Assembly (NCBI GenBank): GCA_026770705.1
Contig: JANJGN010000012.1
Coordinates: 95,914,001 to 95,978,000 of the forward strand
Source of the DNA: Isurus oxyrinchus
Taxonomy: Eukaryota
Reading direction: 5' to 3'
Length of the DNA: 64,000 bases
A program made the position numbers and the translations under genes. Below are positions 37,681 through 50,478 of the stretch, piece by piece. Below the pieces are notes generated by a model. That model was given only the letters and a program-made list of their open reading frames with translations, had not been told where the DNA came from and ran no database searches. The stretch's first letter is position 1. Each line of letters starts with the position of its first letter.

Positions 37681-37795
37681 TTCTAAGGTCATAAGAAATC
37701 ATGTTAAAAAAAAATCATAAGGCCTTAGTTATTATGTCAAAGGAGAATGGTAATTTGTGCAGATGAAAAGTAATATTTTGTATCTGTCTCCACAG

Positions 37796-37904
37796 GTATT
37801 CAACAATTTATACAATGTTTCCAGTGTTCTCTCTCGTTCTGGACAAGGATGTGAAATCAGAAGTTGCAATGCTCTATCCAGAACTATACAAAGATCTTAC
37901 CAAG
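37796..37904 (+). CDS. ATP9A: ATP9A coding exon
   Basis: (G)[36 protein letters not shown]; 109 bp, AG/GT. Confidence 0.95.
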
Positions 37905-38049
37905 GTACATGATGGAATAATTCTCTTTGTGTAAATTTCCTGTACAACATACATTTATATTATTTCAGTTTCATTTTTAGAATTTTGTAAAATCCAGATA
38001 AATATATTTAGACTTGCACCTGTTATGTATCTACATTTATAAATGTATA

Positions 38050-38945
38050 TGAAGTCTTCTTGAATCGCTGCAGTCCATGTGGTGTAGTTACACCCACAGT
38101 GCTATTGGGGAGGGAGCTTCAGAATTTTGACCCAGTAACAATGAAGGAACAGTGATTTGGCTCCAAGTCAGGATGGTGAGTGACTTGGAGGGGAGCTTGC
38201 AGGTGGTGGTGTTCCCAAGTATCTGCTGCCCTTGTCCTTCTAGGTGGTAGAGGTCGCCTGTTTGGAAGATGCTGTCGAAGGAGCCTTGGTGAGTTGCAGC
38301 AACTCAGGGATTCAGCGTTGATAATGCCATTGAATGTCAAGGGGAGATGGTTAGATTCTCTCTTGTTGCAGATGGTCATTGCCTGGCACTTGTGTGACAC
38401 AAATGTTACTTACCACTTATCAAGCCTGAATATTGTCCATGTCTTACTGCACATGGGCACGGACTGCTTCAGTATCTGAGGAGTCGTGAATGGTTCTGAA
38501 CATTGTGCAATCATCAGCAAACATCCCCACTTCTGGAGAGAAGGGCACTGATCATGCAGCTGAAGATGTTTGGGCCGAGGACACTACCCTGAGGAACGCC
38601 TGCAGTGATGTCCTGGGACTGAGATGATTGACCTGCAACAACCACTAGCATCTTCCTTTGTGCTAGGTATGACTCCAACCAGCGGAGAGTTTTCACCCTG
38701 ATTCCCATTGACTCCAGTTTTGCTAGGGCTTCTTGATGCCACACTCAATCAAATGCTGCCTTGATGTCAAGGGCAGTCATTCACCTCACCTGTTAAGTTC
38801 ACCTCTTTTGTCCATGTTTGAACCAGGGCTGTAATGAGATCAGGAGCTGAGTGGCGCAGGTGGACCCCAAACTGAGCGTCAGTGAGCAAGTTATTGCTAA
38901 GCAAGTGCTGCTTGATAGCACTGTTGATGACACCTCCCATCACCT
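38050..38945 (-). mobile_element. LINE RT fragment (CR1/L2 group), internally deleted
   Basis: WHQEALAKLESMGI..WLESYL..AGVPQGSVLGP; same family as 47265-47905. Confidence 0.8.
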
Positions 38946-41002
38946 TGCTGAAATTAATATAATAGGATTATTTGAGTCAGAGTCATTTAAAGATTATATT
39001 CAATATTTTTATCTTGATACTATAAAAAAATTTTGCATCTATGTTGTGCCTTTCATGACATCAGGAAGCCCCAGAGCTCTGTACAACCAGTATTTTTGAA
39101 TTGTAGTCCCACTTGTTGGAGAGAAGGGCTTTTGTCACCATTGTGAAGCCTTTTTCAAAACCGTTTACTAATGCAGGGGCATACAATGCATTCATATCGC
39201 TGCTCACTGCTGGAATTGTGAAAATGTTTCTAATTTAAAATTGTACCCATCAGTTTGAAGAATGTTAGTGTTGGGGCCTGGAATATTCCTCATTTTCTAT
39301 GCACAGTGTCATCAACAAACACTCCCAAATTCAGGTACAGCACGGGTTAGGTACAGAGGAATATTTCAACTTTGCCAACCTAATAATGTATCAAAGCCCC
39401 GATAGAGTTGCTATGTTTCACCATTTGGATATATCTATTTCCTGCAACCATCCTGTGGCTTCTCGGAATGAGGTGGATGATTTTAGCAGCAAATCACGTG
39501 ATTTCAACCATAGTTTGAATGCATAATTCAGGGGGAAATTTGAAAATTTCAATGCAGATTACAGCAGCCCATTGTCTTCTGCAACTCAGAAACCAACAAG
39601 GTGGTATGAGAATGGAGGCTTTAGAAACAGTGGGCACTGCTTTATAGATACAATGATTTGATGCATCTTGATAAAATTAAACAAAATGAAATAAATACAA
39701 GATCAAACTTGAATAGTGGGTTTGAATGTTTTATATACATTCTCAATGTCACACATATACCACAGTCCCTGGTATTCAACAAAACAACAGCTTGCATTTA
39801 CATGGTGCATTTAATGTAAAATAAACCTCAAGTTGCTTAACAAAGGACAGGATGGACACTCAGCACCAGTATAAGAGTTAGAAGAGGTGACTGAAGTCAT
39901 AATTGAAAAGAGAAGAATTTTAAAGGTTTTTATTTAAATTTAAAGGGAGAGGTGTTAAAGTGAAGGTTGATGTGGGGATAGTGTTAGGAATTCCAGAAGT
40001 GGCTGGACCTTCTGCCATCAACGGAGTGGTTGTTGGTGAGGGGACTCAGGAAGGCAAATTCAGAGGATGGAAAGGCCCAGAAATTCCCACCACTGAACAG
40101 TGTGCCGGTTTACCAGCATGGCCCTGCCTCCCAGCTGCTTTTAAGGAGGCCTGGTCAGAGTCAAGATGGCTACCTGCCCACAAGCAGTGGGTGGTAAATT
40201 TGAGATGATTAATGGACCTGTTAATGCCTCTCCATTATGCCAATTGGAATTTGCCAGCCAGCAAATGGGCCCCTGCAGTGGCTGAAATATGGCCAGAAAG
40301 GGTAGGCAGCCTCCCAGCATCAGGTTGAGGGGACTAGTGCTCTGTTTCACCCCTTACAGCATTGCGGGTGTACCTATACCACCACCTTCTTTAAGGCAAT
40401 TAGGGAGGTGCAATAGATGCTTGTGTACCAAGTGATGCCCACACTCTATGAAAGGAATTTTAAAATGCCATCGATCTCCCTCACAGCTGACTTAAAAATG
40501 GCTGCAGTCCACCCTTCCCCTCCAAAAAGGTAATGTGGCAGCTGTGGCCTTTTGTATGTGAAATATTTTAAAAATTCTAAGAGGACACATACATCTTCAG
40601 GTGTGTTCTCTCGCGCTTTCGCTCTCTCTCCCCCGCCTCTCTTTCTCCCCCCTCTCTCTTTCTCTCGCCCTCTCTCCCTTCTCTTTTCCCCCTCTCTCTC
40701 TTCCCTCCCCTCCTCCTCTACACTCCTCGCCGCTCCCCACCCCCAACTGCCTCAGTGAGCTCCAGTTTTCTCACCAGTGGAGGGCCTCCTATTGGCCCTT
40801 CAGCATCACTACCACCCACTCCCGCTCCTGGATCTGCATAATTGAATAGAGAGACCACCCTCTAGCCATTAATTGGCCAATCCAACAAAAATTCAGTTGG
40901 GCATGTGGCGTCCACGCTGTGTGGGGTCGGAACCTGGAAATGATCCCCATGTTGGAGTCTTGACTCCAAAACAAAATTTCTGCCCAAAGAGTCAGTCACT
41001 TT

Positions 41003-41538
41003 GGGCAGAATTTTGCCCTTGGATGGTGTGCGGGCCCCTCCAGCTCGGCAGTGGGCGGACAGCCAACCCCCGCCACCGAAACGGGGCCCGTCGGCATTTT
41101 GAGTGGGCAGGCCAATTAAGGCCCGCCCAGCGGTCTGCCCGACAGGAAGCGCTATGCACTTCCTGTGTGGAAGGAGGGATTCCCCATCTGTCAAAGTGCA
41201 CTCTTTTGTGCGTGCACGTGAAAGAGCGCACTGCTCCCTCAGACCAAGTGCTGTCTCGTGGAGATTACTGACAGGTAAAAAAAAACACCAAAAATAGAAA
41301 AATATTTAAATTATTAACATGTCCCCCTCATGTGCCAATGCCACATGAGATGGGACGTGTTATTAAGAAACACATTAACTTTATGAAACTTTTTAAAAAA
41401 CGGACATGAAACCTCATCCCGCCAGTGGATGAGGTTTCGTGTATTATCAGGAGCCCAGTGGGCTCCTGGCCTGCCCACCAGCCTTAAGGTTGGATCGACA
41501 GGTTCTTTAACAATCTTAATTAGCCTGTCAATGGCCTT
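41003..41538. mobile_element. Harbinger-type MITE, inverted truncated copy of 13196-13893
   Basis: Starts GGGCAGAATTTTGCCCTTGG; shares the central palindrome. Confidence 0.8.
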
Positions 41539-41689
41539 GCAGCATCAATGGAGAAGAGCAAAGTTGACATTTCGAGTCCTCATGACCCTTCAACAAACTG
41601 ATCGTGTAATTTGAACTAACAATATTTAGATTGCTAATCTAGTACCAAATCAACTATACACACTGTCCTGCAAACATTGATTTGAAATC

Positions 41690-41900
41690 TTGAGGTTGAA
41701 CAGTGAACCAGTTGGTAAGGACACAGGAGGTGATTGAACATGTCTTAATGCAGAAGAGAATGAAGATGAAGGAGTTTTGAATGAGTTTGCATTTGTGTTG
41801 GGTGGAATTCAGAAGGGTGACTTTGGAGCAGTCAAACTTTGAAGTAACAAAGATATGGATAAGAATGTCAGCAGTGATAGAGGTGATGTAGGGCTGAAAG
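41690..41900 (-). mobile_element. L2 LINE RT C-terminal remnant
   Basis: TADILIHIFVTSKFDCS..LIQN resembles L2 AE.LIHAFVTSRLDYCN. Confidence 0.6.
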
Positions 41901-42436
41901 TGGGTATTGTTGTGGAGCTGTGGATGTAAACAGTCCTGGTGCTGAATTGGAAATAATATTTGAAGCTCCATTCAGACCTAATTACAGATGCTTTTCTAAA
42001 TTAAAAAAGGCATTGTATGAATATGAGCTCATTGTTGATAATTATTGACTTATTCAGTGTGAGTTAGCAGCTGCAAGAGGGATAGAGTCGTACCAAGCAT
42101 TGGGACCTTTTGGTAGGGCAGAATACAATGGATTTGTGTTTATTTGTATATGGATTGAGTGCCTGTACTATTTGCCTCTGGGAAGGGGATCAGAGTTTTT
42201 GAGTAGCACCTTGCTATGATAAGGGATTAACCATACCAGCCCACAATGTTCTGGACCAAACAAATTTTATTCAAAAGTGCCATTGGTGGACTAACATTTA
42301 AAGCCCATTTCTAAATATGCCCCATTTCTATCTACTTCTATTATGTTATGGGGCAGGAACTGTTGTGGATGACAGCATTCTGCCAGTCTTTTCTCTTGTG
42401 ACCTCTGCATGGTGGCGACTAAGGGTAATAGAGGAA

Positions 42437-43622
42437 AAAAACAAAGAAAACTGCGGATGCTGGAAATCCAAAACAAAAACAGAATTACCTGGAAAAACTC
42501 AGCAGGTCTGGCAGCATTGGCGGAGAAGAAAAGAGTTGACGTTTCGAGTCCTCATGACCCTTCGACAGAACTTGATTTTGAGTCCAAGAAAGAGTTGAAA
42601 TATAAGCTGGTTTAAGGTGTGTGTGTGGGGGGGGCGGAGAGATAGAGAGAGAGAGAGGTGCTTGTGTAGACAAACAAGCAGTGATAGAAGCAGATCATCA
42701 AAAGATGTCAGCGACAATGGTACAAAAGAACACATAGGTGTTAAAGTTAAAGTTGGTGATATTATCTAAACGAATGTGCTAATTAAGAATGGATGGTAGG
42801 GCACTCAAGGTACAGCTCTAGTGGGGGTGGGGGGAGCATAAAAGATTTTAAAATATTTAAAAATAATGGAAATAGGTGGGAAAAGAAAAATCTATAAAAT
42901 TTATAGGGAAAAAAAAAGGAAAAAGGGGGAAACAGAAAGGGGGTGGGGATGGGGGAAGGAGCTCACGACCTAAAGTTGTTGAATTCAATATTCAGACCGG
43001 AAGGCTGTAAGGTGCCTAGTCGGAAGATGAAGTGTTGTTCCTCCAGTTTGCGTTGGGCTTCACTGGAACAATGCAGTAAGCCAAGGACAGACATGTGGGC
43101 AAGAGAGCAGGGTGGAGTGTTAAAATGGCAAGCGACAGGGAGGTTTGGGTCATTCTTGCGGACAGACCGCAGGTGTTCTGCAAAGCGGTCGCCCAGTTTA
43201 CGTTTGGTCTCTCCAATGTAGAGGAGACCACATTGGGAGCAACGAATGCAGTAGACTAAGTTGGAGGAAATGCAAGTGAAATGCTGCTTCACTTGAAAGG
43301 AGTGTTTGGGCCCTTGGACGGTGAGGAGAGAGGAAGTGAAGGGGCAGGTGTTACATCTTTTGCGTGGGCATGGGGTGGTGCCATAGGAGGGGGTTGAGGA
43401 GTAGGGGGTGATGGAGGAGTGGACCAGGGTGTCCCGGAGGGAGCGATCCCTACGGAATGCCGATAAGGGGGGTGAAGGGAAGATGTGTTTGGTGGTGGCA
43501 TCATGCTGGAGTTGGCGGAAATGGCGGAGGATGATCCTTTGAATGCGGAGGCTGGTGGGGTGATAAGTGAGGACAAGGGGGACCCTATCATGTTTCTGGG
43601 AGGGAGGAGAAGGCGTGAGGGC
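42437..43622 (-). mobile_element. Young Penelope-like element, 5'-truncated (GIY-YIG + tail)
   Basis: Closely similar to ~33925-35122; 14-bp TSD GGGTAATAGAGGAA at 42423-42436 and 43623-43636. Confidence 0.92.
42534..42572 (-). ncRNA. Minimal hammerhead motif, variant core CUGUCGA
   Basis: Minus strand AGTT-CTGTCGA-AGGGTC-atgag-GACTC-GAAAC-GTC-AACT. Confidence 0.55.
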
Positions 43623-45210
43623 GGGTAATAGAGGAAGTGCCTGTCTTCATTTTTGGCAGAATTTCATACACAATAAAAAAAGGATGTGGAAACTTGGCTC
43701 AAACAAATCTCAGCCCTAATTCTTCTCCTGCTCGCTCAAGTAGCACTGGAACTGTATCCCAAAATCAGCTGGGGTCACCTGATTGAGAATACAGGAAAGG
43801 GATCTAAGTGAGGAAAGTGAGCATGAGTTGGGCATGCCTTGGACTTGAACCGGTGTTCTATTGGATGACTACTACACCCAGCGGGCCTGATAAGTATCCT
43901 GTTTTTTTATCCACTTACCCCTCCACCTGGATCCCTGATGATGCCTCAGCCAAATGTCTCAATCCAAATGGCCAATTCTTAATCCGTGAATAAAATTGAT
44001 GAATGAACAGTGGAAGGGGAGTCATCACACCTTTATTTAATATTCACGTGCACTTTGCAAGCTGGCTAACTGGTTAATGAAAGGAGCAGGAACCTTTGCT
44101 GATTATTCTTCTCTCGCTTTATGGCTTGAGATACTACAATCAATGGTGGTGCGCTACCACTATTACCCTGGCTGATGTCAGCGAATTTTGTTCAGTTTAT
44201 GGATTATATCTAGGATATTCCTGGATTTTAAGGCTCTGTACCATGTCTACAGTGGGGGGGTGGTATTATTTACCAGTCTGGTTTGGCCTAGTGGTGTAGT
44301 GGTTATGGCAATCGGTCCTAAAAATTTGTGGTCACATGTAACTATCTCAGGATTACTAATCTCTCAGATCTGCTAACCGCAGCTCTTCTGCGATTGATGG
44401 TCAGTAGGTGGGATACTTTGTGGTTACCTGGTGACACAGAGAAAATTTCCATCTGGAAGAGAATCAGTTTATTGTCCAGCTCCACAATATCTGCTTTGAA
44501 CTTTTGTAAATATTTAAAAACATAAAAGCAGAAACAGTGCCAGGAGAACATTTTTAATGGGATAAAGCAATGGAAGTGTATTTCTAGACAATAGTGGTCT
44601 GCTGTATGTGTTAAGTAAACAATAAAATTAACTTCCATGAATGAAAAATGACTTTAGAGAAGTGATAGGCAAGGATCATGTCTGATTGCATCATAAATGT
44701 AGGGAAACTTTTTCTAGTGATTGAACCTGTTCCCCTTATTATTAAAGCCCATCAATGACTTCAGATAATGAAGCTTAAGAGGCATTTTAGCAGCACTGAA
44801 AACAAATGCTTCAGCAATTATGCGATGACTACAACATTGTATCTGTGCTGACAAATTTCAAAACTCCCAAGTCTAGCTTGACAAAGATACAATGGAAATT
44901 TATGCTGCAGCAGACACAGTTATAGCAACAGTTCCAGGAACTTGCTGCTGCTTAAAAACTCCAAATACGAGAATAACTATATAACTTGTTAACTGCGTCA
45001 ATTGATTAGTTTCCAAAGAAATCTAAATTAAGTCTGTTGGTGAAAATAACATTTTTAATTGCACATTTTAAAAAATGTAGGTTCTCTGTTATATAATACC
45101 TGCAGGAAGGGCTCTGTGTACTGAATGTTAAGATGTTGACTAGAAACTGAACTGTAACTGTAAGGTGCAGAAGTGTCTGCAAAATTGATTCTTTCCTTTC
45201 TCTATTTCAG

Positions 45211-45268
45211 GGTCGACCACTCTGTTTTAAAACCTTTTTGATTTGGGTTTTAATTAGTATATACCAAG
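45211..45268 (+). CDS. ATP9A: ATP9A coding exon
   Basis: GRPLCFKTFLIWVLISIYQ-G; 58 bp, AG/GT. Confidence 0.95.
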
Positions 45269-45304
45269 GTATGGAAATTACATTTTATTACAAGTGGGTG
45301 TGAA

Positions 45305-45705
45305 AAAGAAAAACTTCTATAGCGCTCTTCAGGACCTCAGGAATTTCCAAAGCGGTTATAGATAATTGTGTACCATTGACGTGCAGTCACTGTTGTAATA
45401 TAGGAAACTCAACAGGCAGTTTGCAGAAAGCGAGATCACGTTATTGTGATAATGACCAGATAAACGCTTTTAGTGATGTTGATTTGAGGGATAAATATTT
45501 GCCAGGACAGCCAAGAGAACTTCCCAGCTCTTCTTTGAATAGTGCCGTAATATTGTTTTACATCTACCTGAGAGAGTAAGCAGACCTCAGTTTAACATCT
45601 CATCCATAAGGTTTCACCAACAGTGCTGCACTCCCTCGGTATTGTACTGGAGTGTCAGCCGAGAGTGGGACTTCAGCCAATAATCTTCTAGCTCAAAGAC
45701 AGATT
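45305..45705 (-). mobile_element. Deu-domain SINE (SacSINE1/AmnSINE1-like)
   Basis: Recalled Deu motif GCACTCCCTCGGTATTGTACTGGAGTGTCAGCC and GAGGGATAAATATTTGCCAGGACA. Confidence 0.6.
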
Positions 45706-45790
45706 GTGCTCATGCAGGGTTATTTCACTTGTAAGTGCCTGTATCTCCATTCAAAAAAGAATGACCATATTTTTGCTTTGCTTTTTTCAG

Positions 45791-45994
45791 GTGGTATAAT
45801 AATGTATGGAGCTCTTCTGTTGTTTGACTCAGAGTTCGTACATGCAGTAGCCATTTCCTTTACCTCACTTATTCTCACTGAGTTACTGATGGTGGCGCTA
45901 ACTATCCAGACCTGGCACTGGCTCATGATTGTGGCAGAACTTCTCAGTCTCAGCTGCTACATTGCTTCCCTGGTCTTCTTGCACGAGTTTATTG
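45791..45994 (+). CDS. ATP9A: ATP9A coding exon (C-terminal TM helices)
   Basis: (G)[67 protein letters not shown]; 204 bp, AG/GT. Confidence 0.95.
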
Positions 45995-46279
45995 GTAGGT
46001 CAATGTCAAAACTTCACTGAATGTACAAACAGCACTTTTTATTCTTTTACCAATCTTGCCAATCAATCAATCAAGAAACATTCTCACCTTTCTTTTCCTG
46101 AATGTATTGATTCCTTGCAGTTTCACAGGGTGCCCTCTAGTACCTTGTCCAAATGGACATTATTCATGTTCATAAAATGATCATTAAATGGTAGAATTTT
46201 ATATTGAGTTTGAGAGTGAATTAGTTAAGTCTGAAACTAAGTTCTTCAATCAAAGCAAAGCAAACTGCGTAAGTATGAG

Positions 46280-47255
46280 GAGTGGCTAAGGAGAATGGGA
46301 GACTAGATTTTAAAAATACAATGGTAGATATGGCAAACATTTAAAGTATTACATCATAGTTCACAATGAACATACATTCCCTTAACAAATAAAGATCACA
46401 CTGGAAAAAATGGTCCAACTGTGGCTAACAAGAAATGAAAGATAGTGTTAGTTTAAAGGAAGAGGTTTATAATGTTGCCAACAGTAGTAAGCCTGAGGTT
46501 GTGAGGATTTTAAAAAGTAGCAAATGATAACCAATAAATTGAAAGAGAAAATAGGATATGAGAGTAAACTAGCTAGAGACATATCTATAGAATTTGCAAT
46601 CTGTATTTATGTAAGAAGAAAGTAAATGTGGAGAGTCAGGGAAATAAAGACATAGCAGAGACATTAAACAAATACTTTGTATCTGTCTTCACGTTGGAGA
46701 CAAAAATAATACTGGAGGTAGTTGAGAACCGAGGACAGAGTGAAAATTAGGAATTTTAAGGATATTAGTATAAGTAAAGAATTAGTACTAGAGAAATTAA
46801 TGGGATCAAAAGCTGACAAATCACCTTGACCTGATGGGCTACCCCTGGCTATAGGGACAGTGAATGCATTAATTTAGATTTTCCATAATCCTCTAATTTC
46901 TAGCACGGTCCCCAGGGATTAGAAGGTAGTAAACATGACCCCGCAACTCAAGCCGGGAGGGGGAGAGAATCCAGATCTATAGGCCAGTTAGCCTGACATT
47001 AGTAGGGAAAATATTAGAACCTATTATTACAGGACGATGACAAAGCACTTAAAATCATAATATTATTGTGCAGCACCAACTCGGATTTATGAAAATGAAA
47101 TCATCTTTGACAAACCTGTTAAAGTTTTTTGATGTAACTAATGGGATGGATAAGGGGGAACCAGTAGATTCAGTGTATTTGGATGTTCAAGAAGCATTCA
47201 ATAAGGTGGTGTACAAGAGGTTATTACACAAAATTAGGATTCATAGGATGGGTGT
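46280..47255 (+). mobile_element. CR1 ORF2 fragment
   Basis: KADKSP.PDG; QLGFMKMKSSLTNLLKFFD..MDKGEPVDSVYLD. Confidence 0.75.
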
Positions 47256-47264
47256 GTGGTATAA

Positions 47265-47905
47265 ATACTGTAGCCATTAGAGCAGGTCAGAGGCTGGGAA
47301 TTTTGGTGGTTAACTCACCTCCTGTCCCCAAAACCTGTTTACCTTCTACAAGGCACAAGTCAGGAGTATGATGGAATGCTCTCCACTTGGCTGAATGAGT
47401 GCAGCTCCCACAACACTTATGGAACGTGACACCATCCAGGAAAAAGCAGCATATCTTGGTATATATCTTGATACATGTGGATCAACTCCCCAACCACCAT
47501 CTGTCACATTCACATCCTCTATCACCAGCACATGGTGGCAGCAGTGTGTACCATCTACAAGATGCACTGCAGCAACTCACGAAGGTACCTTCAACAGCAC
47601 TTTCCAAGCAGGTGACCTCTACCACCTAAAAGAACTAGGGCAGCAGGTAGATGGGAACACCACGACCTGCAAGTTCCCCTCCAAACCACTCATCGTCCTG
47701 ACTTGGAAATATATCGCTGTTCCTTCACTGTTGCTGGGTCAAAATCCTGGAACTCCCTCCCTAACAGCACTCTGGGTGTACTTACACCACATGGACTTCA
47801 GTGCTTCAAGAAGGCCACTCATCCCTACCTTCTCAAGGGCAATAAAGGATGGGCAGTAAATGCTGGCTTACCTAGCAATGCTCACATCTGATGAATGAAT
47901 AAAAG
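47265..47905 (+). mobile_element. LINE 3' end (same family as 38050-38945)
   Basis: YKAQVRSMMECSPL..MSAAPTT; RCSFTVAGSKSWNSLP; tail ending TGAATGAATAAAA. Confidence 0.8.
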
Positions 47906-48914
47906 AAAAGGAAGACTGACTATGTAATCCATTGGTAAAAGAGAGAGAGTAGCACAGTTTGGTTGTTTCCCCAAAACTCAAATTATAGTGGAAAGCAGTT
48001 TGAAACTATTGCCACCCACACTAATGACTACTGGTGACCCTCAGAACAGTCGTTCACTGCTGTTGTCTCTAGCCACAGCTAATGCCTGTTGTTGTCTCCA
48101 TTATCATCAGCTATTTATAACAGGCCAAGACAAAATAAAATGAATGATGTTGCAGAATGTAACTGCCCAAATTTACCTATACACCGTAGTTGTGTTCGTA
48201 ACAAACATATGTACATATTTACAGCTAAAACTGTTAGCAAAAATTAAAACATTTGGTGGAGATGGAAAATTATTTTGGGTTTTCAGTTTCTATTCACTTT
48301 GCTGAAATTTTTAATTATTCAGTACTACCACAAGTGGATGCGGTTTCATTTTTTCATAGTTAGTGGAAAACAAAGTAATTGTGACGAACTGGTGTTTCAG
48401 TGGGAAATTTAACTTACCACAGACTGTTGTGGCATTGAAGCCATCGTACTAAGACCAAAGTGGCCTGGTATCTACGAACAGCAGCAATCTGATTGTGAGA
48501 AGATTAACTTGAAATGCATCTGTCTTGTGAGTGGGATGTTGTCATAGTGACATCACTGGCTGGCTGGAGGATGTGTGGGAACTGCTCTGTTCCTGGCTCC
48601 TCCACTTCCATACAGCTCTGGTGATATCATTTTGGTCGCACTCCTACTCTCCAGAAGCAGATGTTGTGCAGCTCGCTTTCTTTTTGTTGCAAAGTAACTG
48701 AATGTAGCCCATAGGTATGAGTTGAGATTAAACAAGATCTTCAGTTTTATTGAAAACCCGCTCCTTATTGCAGAAGCATTCCCTCAACTCAAGATACCAA
48801 AGAAATTGTTCAAGCAACAATGTTTCTATAAGTAACGTGGAAAAAAAAATTACTCAGTGCACTTGGATATTTGTTTTCCTCCTCCAAATTCCCATCTTTT
48901 GTTTACAAAAGCAA

Positions 48915-49640
48915 AATACGGCAGACACCGGAAATCTAAAATAAAATCAGAAATGCTGGAAATACTCAGCAGAGCTGGCAGCATTGTGGAGAGAGAAATA
49001 GAGTTAACATTTCAAAATGATAACCTTTCATTAGAATTAGTAAAGGGTAGAGATGTAACAGATTTAAGCCAAGTGCAGAGGAAGGGAAAGGGGAAGAGGG
49101 AAGAACCGGGAAGGTTTGTGATAGGTTGGAAGGCTTGTGATAAGGTGCATGACGGGAAGGATTCAATGATAAAAGGGATGATGGTGCAATACAAAAAGGA
49201 ATGGGATAATGGAACAAGTTGGATGAGATGTGTTTAGAAGAGGTGCAAGTGGGAAGGAAGAATTATTTCCAAGGGCCTCAGTTTCACCTTATTTTAATGA
49301 ATTTTGAGCCCAGCACAATGCTAAGGTTTTCCAACATCTTTGTCTCCATGCCCACTCCTTCAGCCAGATCTCCAGATCTTTTCATTGAGAACTGTCAACG
49401 TGATGTCGGTTGTCTTAATTTCTCTGCTCCCCTTACTCACTCTAATCTATCTGCCTCTCAACTTGCGACACTCTGTTTTCTGGCCCAATCCTAACATTAT
49501 CACTAAGCTTGCCGACGAGGATGATATTGTTATTTGTTGGCGTACTTTTGTTCTATTCACCCTACTCCCTTTCCCAGCCTCTATACTTGCTTTAAATCAG
49601 TCACATCTATAACCTTTTTCAGTTCTGATGAAAGGCCATC
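48915..49640. mobile_element. Old rearranged Penelope-like element with inverted tail copies
   Basis: Minus-strand tail 48915-49260, plus-strand DLFIENCQRDVGCLNFSAPLTHSNLS, and plus-strand tail ending AGTTCTGATGAAAGG. Confidence 0.65.
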
Positions 49641-49802
49641 GCCCATCCTTCCTTTATTGAATGCACTGATCCAGCTGGAATATAGAGATGCTGGTATTGC
49701 ACCAATATCTTGCCCAACTAGCCATTCTTCATGTCTGAAGCTAGAAATTGTCAGGTTATTTGACCATGGATGAATCACGGCCATGCTGAGATTTGTCCTC
49801 AT

Positions 49803-50478
49803 GTCGAGAATTTTACCTATGGCGGGTGGGCTGGGCGGGGGTGGGTGCAGAGCCGATCACCCACCCGCGATCAGCTGCGTGCCACCATTTTACGCGGGCG
49901 GGTCAATTAAAGCCCGCCCAGCGTTATGCGCGGCCAGTAGCGCTCAACGCTACCTGTGCGGGTAGTGGGGGGAGAGTTGGGGCCTGCGTTCTTTTGCACA
50001 TGCGATCAAAAGAGCGCAGCGATCTCCCTGAGTCATGGAGCTGCCTCGGGGAGATTGAATGGATTTGAAAACTTTTAAATAAATAAATTAAAAATTTATT
50101 TAAACATGTCCCCTCATGTGACAGTGTCACATGAGCTGGGGCACGTTTGTGAAGTTAGGAAAATTTATTTTTTTATTTTATAAAGCCTTCAAGAAACCTC
50201 ATCCTGCCTGTGCAAAGGTCGCTTGGGCTCTTCGCCTGCCCGCCAACCTTAAGGTTGTATGAGCAGTGTTCTTAACAACTTTAATTACTTTCTTATAGGC
50301 CTTAATAGCCTGTTGACAGTTCGGCGGGCGCACAATGGCCTCCGGTGCACACCCACCGAATGGAATATCAAAATGATGTGCGATGATGTCAGGACACATG
50401 CCCAAAATCATCGCGCATCATTTTACGCATCAGCGTGTTGGGCCCGCCCCTTGTACGCTGACGGCAATATTCTGACCC
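49803..50478. mobile_element. Harbinger-type MITE, related family
   Basis: Ends GTCGAGAATTTT / AATATTCTGACCC; central AACATGTCCCCTCATGTGACAGTGTCACATGAG palindrome. Confidence 0.7.

Noticed and set aside
40605-40745. (CT)-rich tract
   Set aside because: Ordinary low-complexity microsatellite inside a repeat
44096-44376. Hydrophobic small ORFs and tRNA-like GGTGTAGTGGTTA
   Set aside because: No cloverleaf or B-box; region overlaps a degraded SINE remnant
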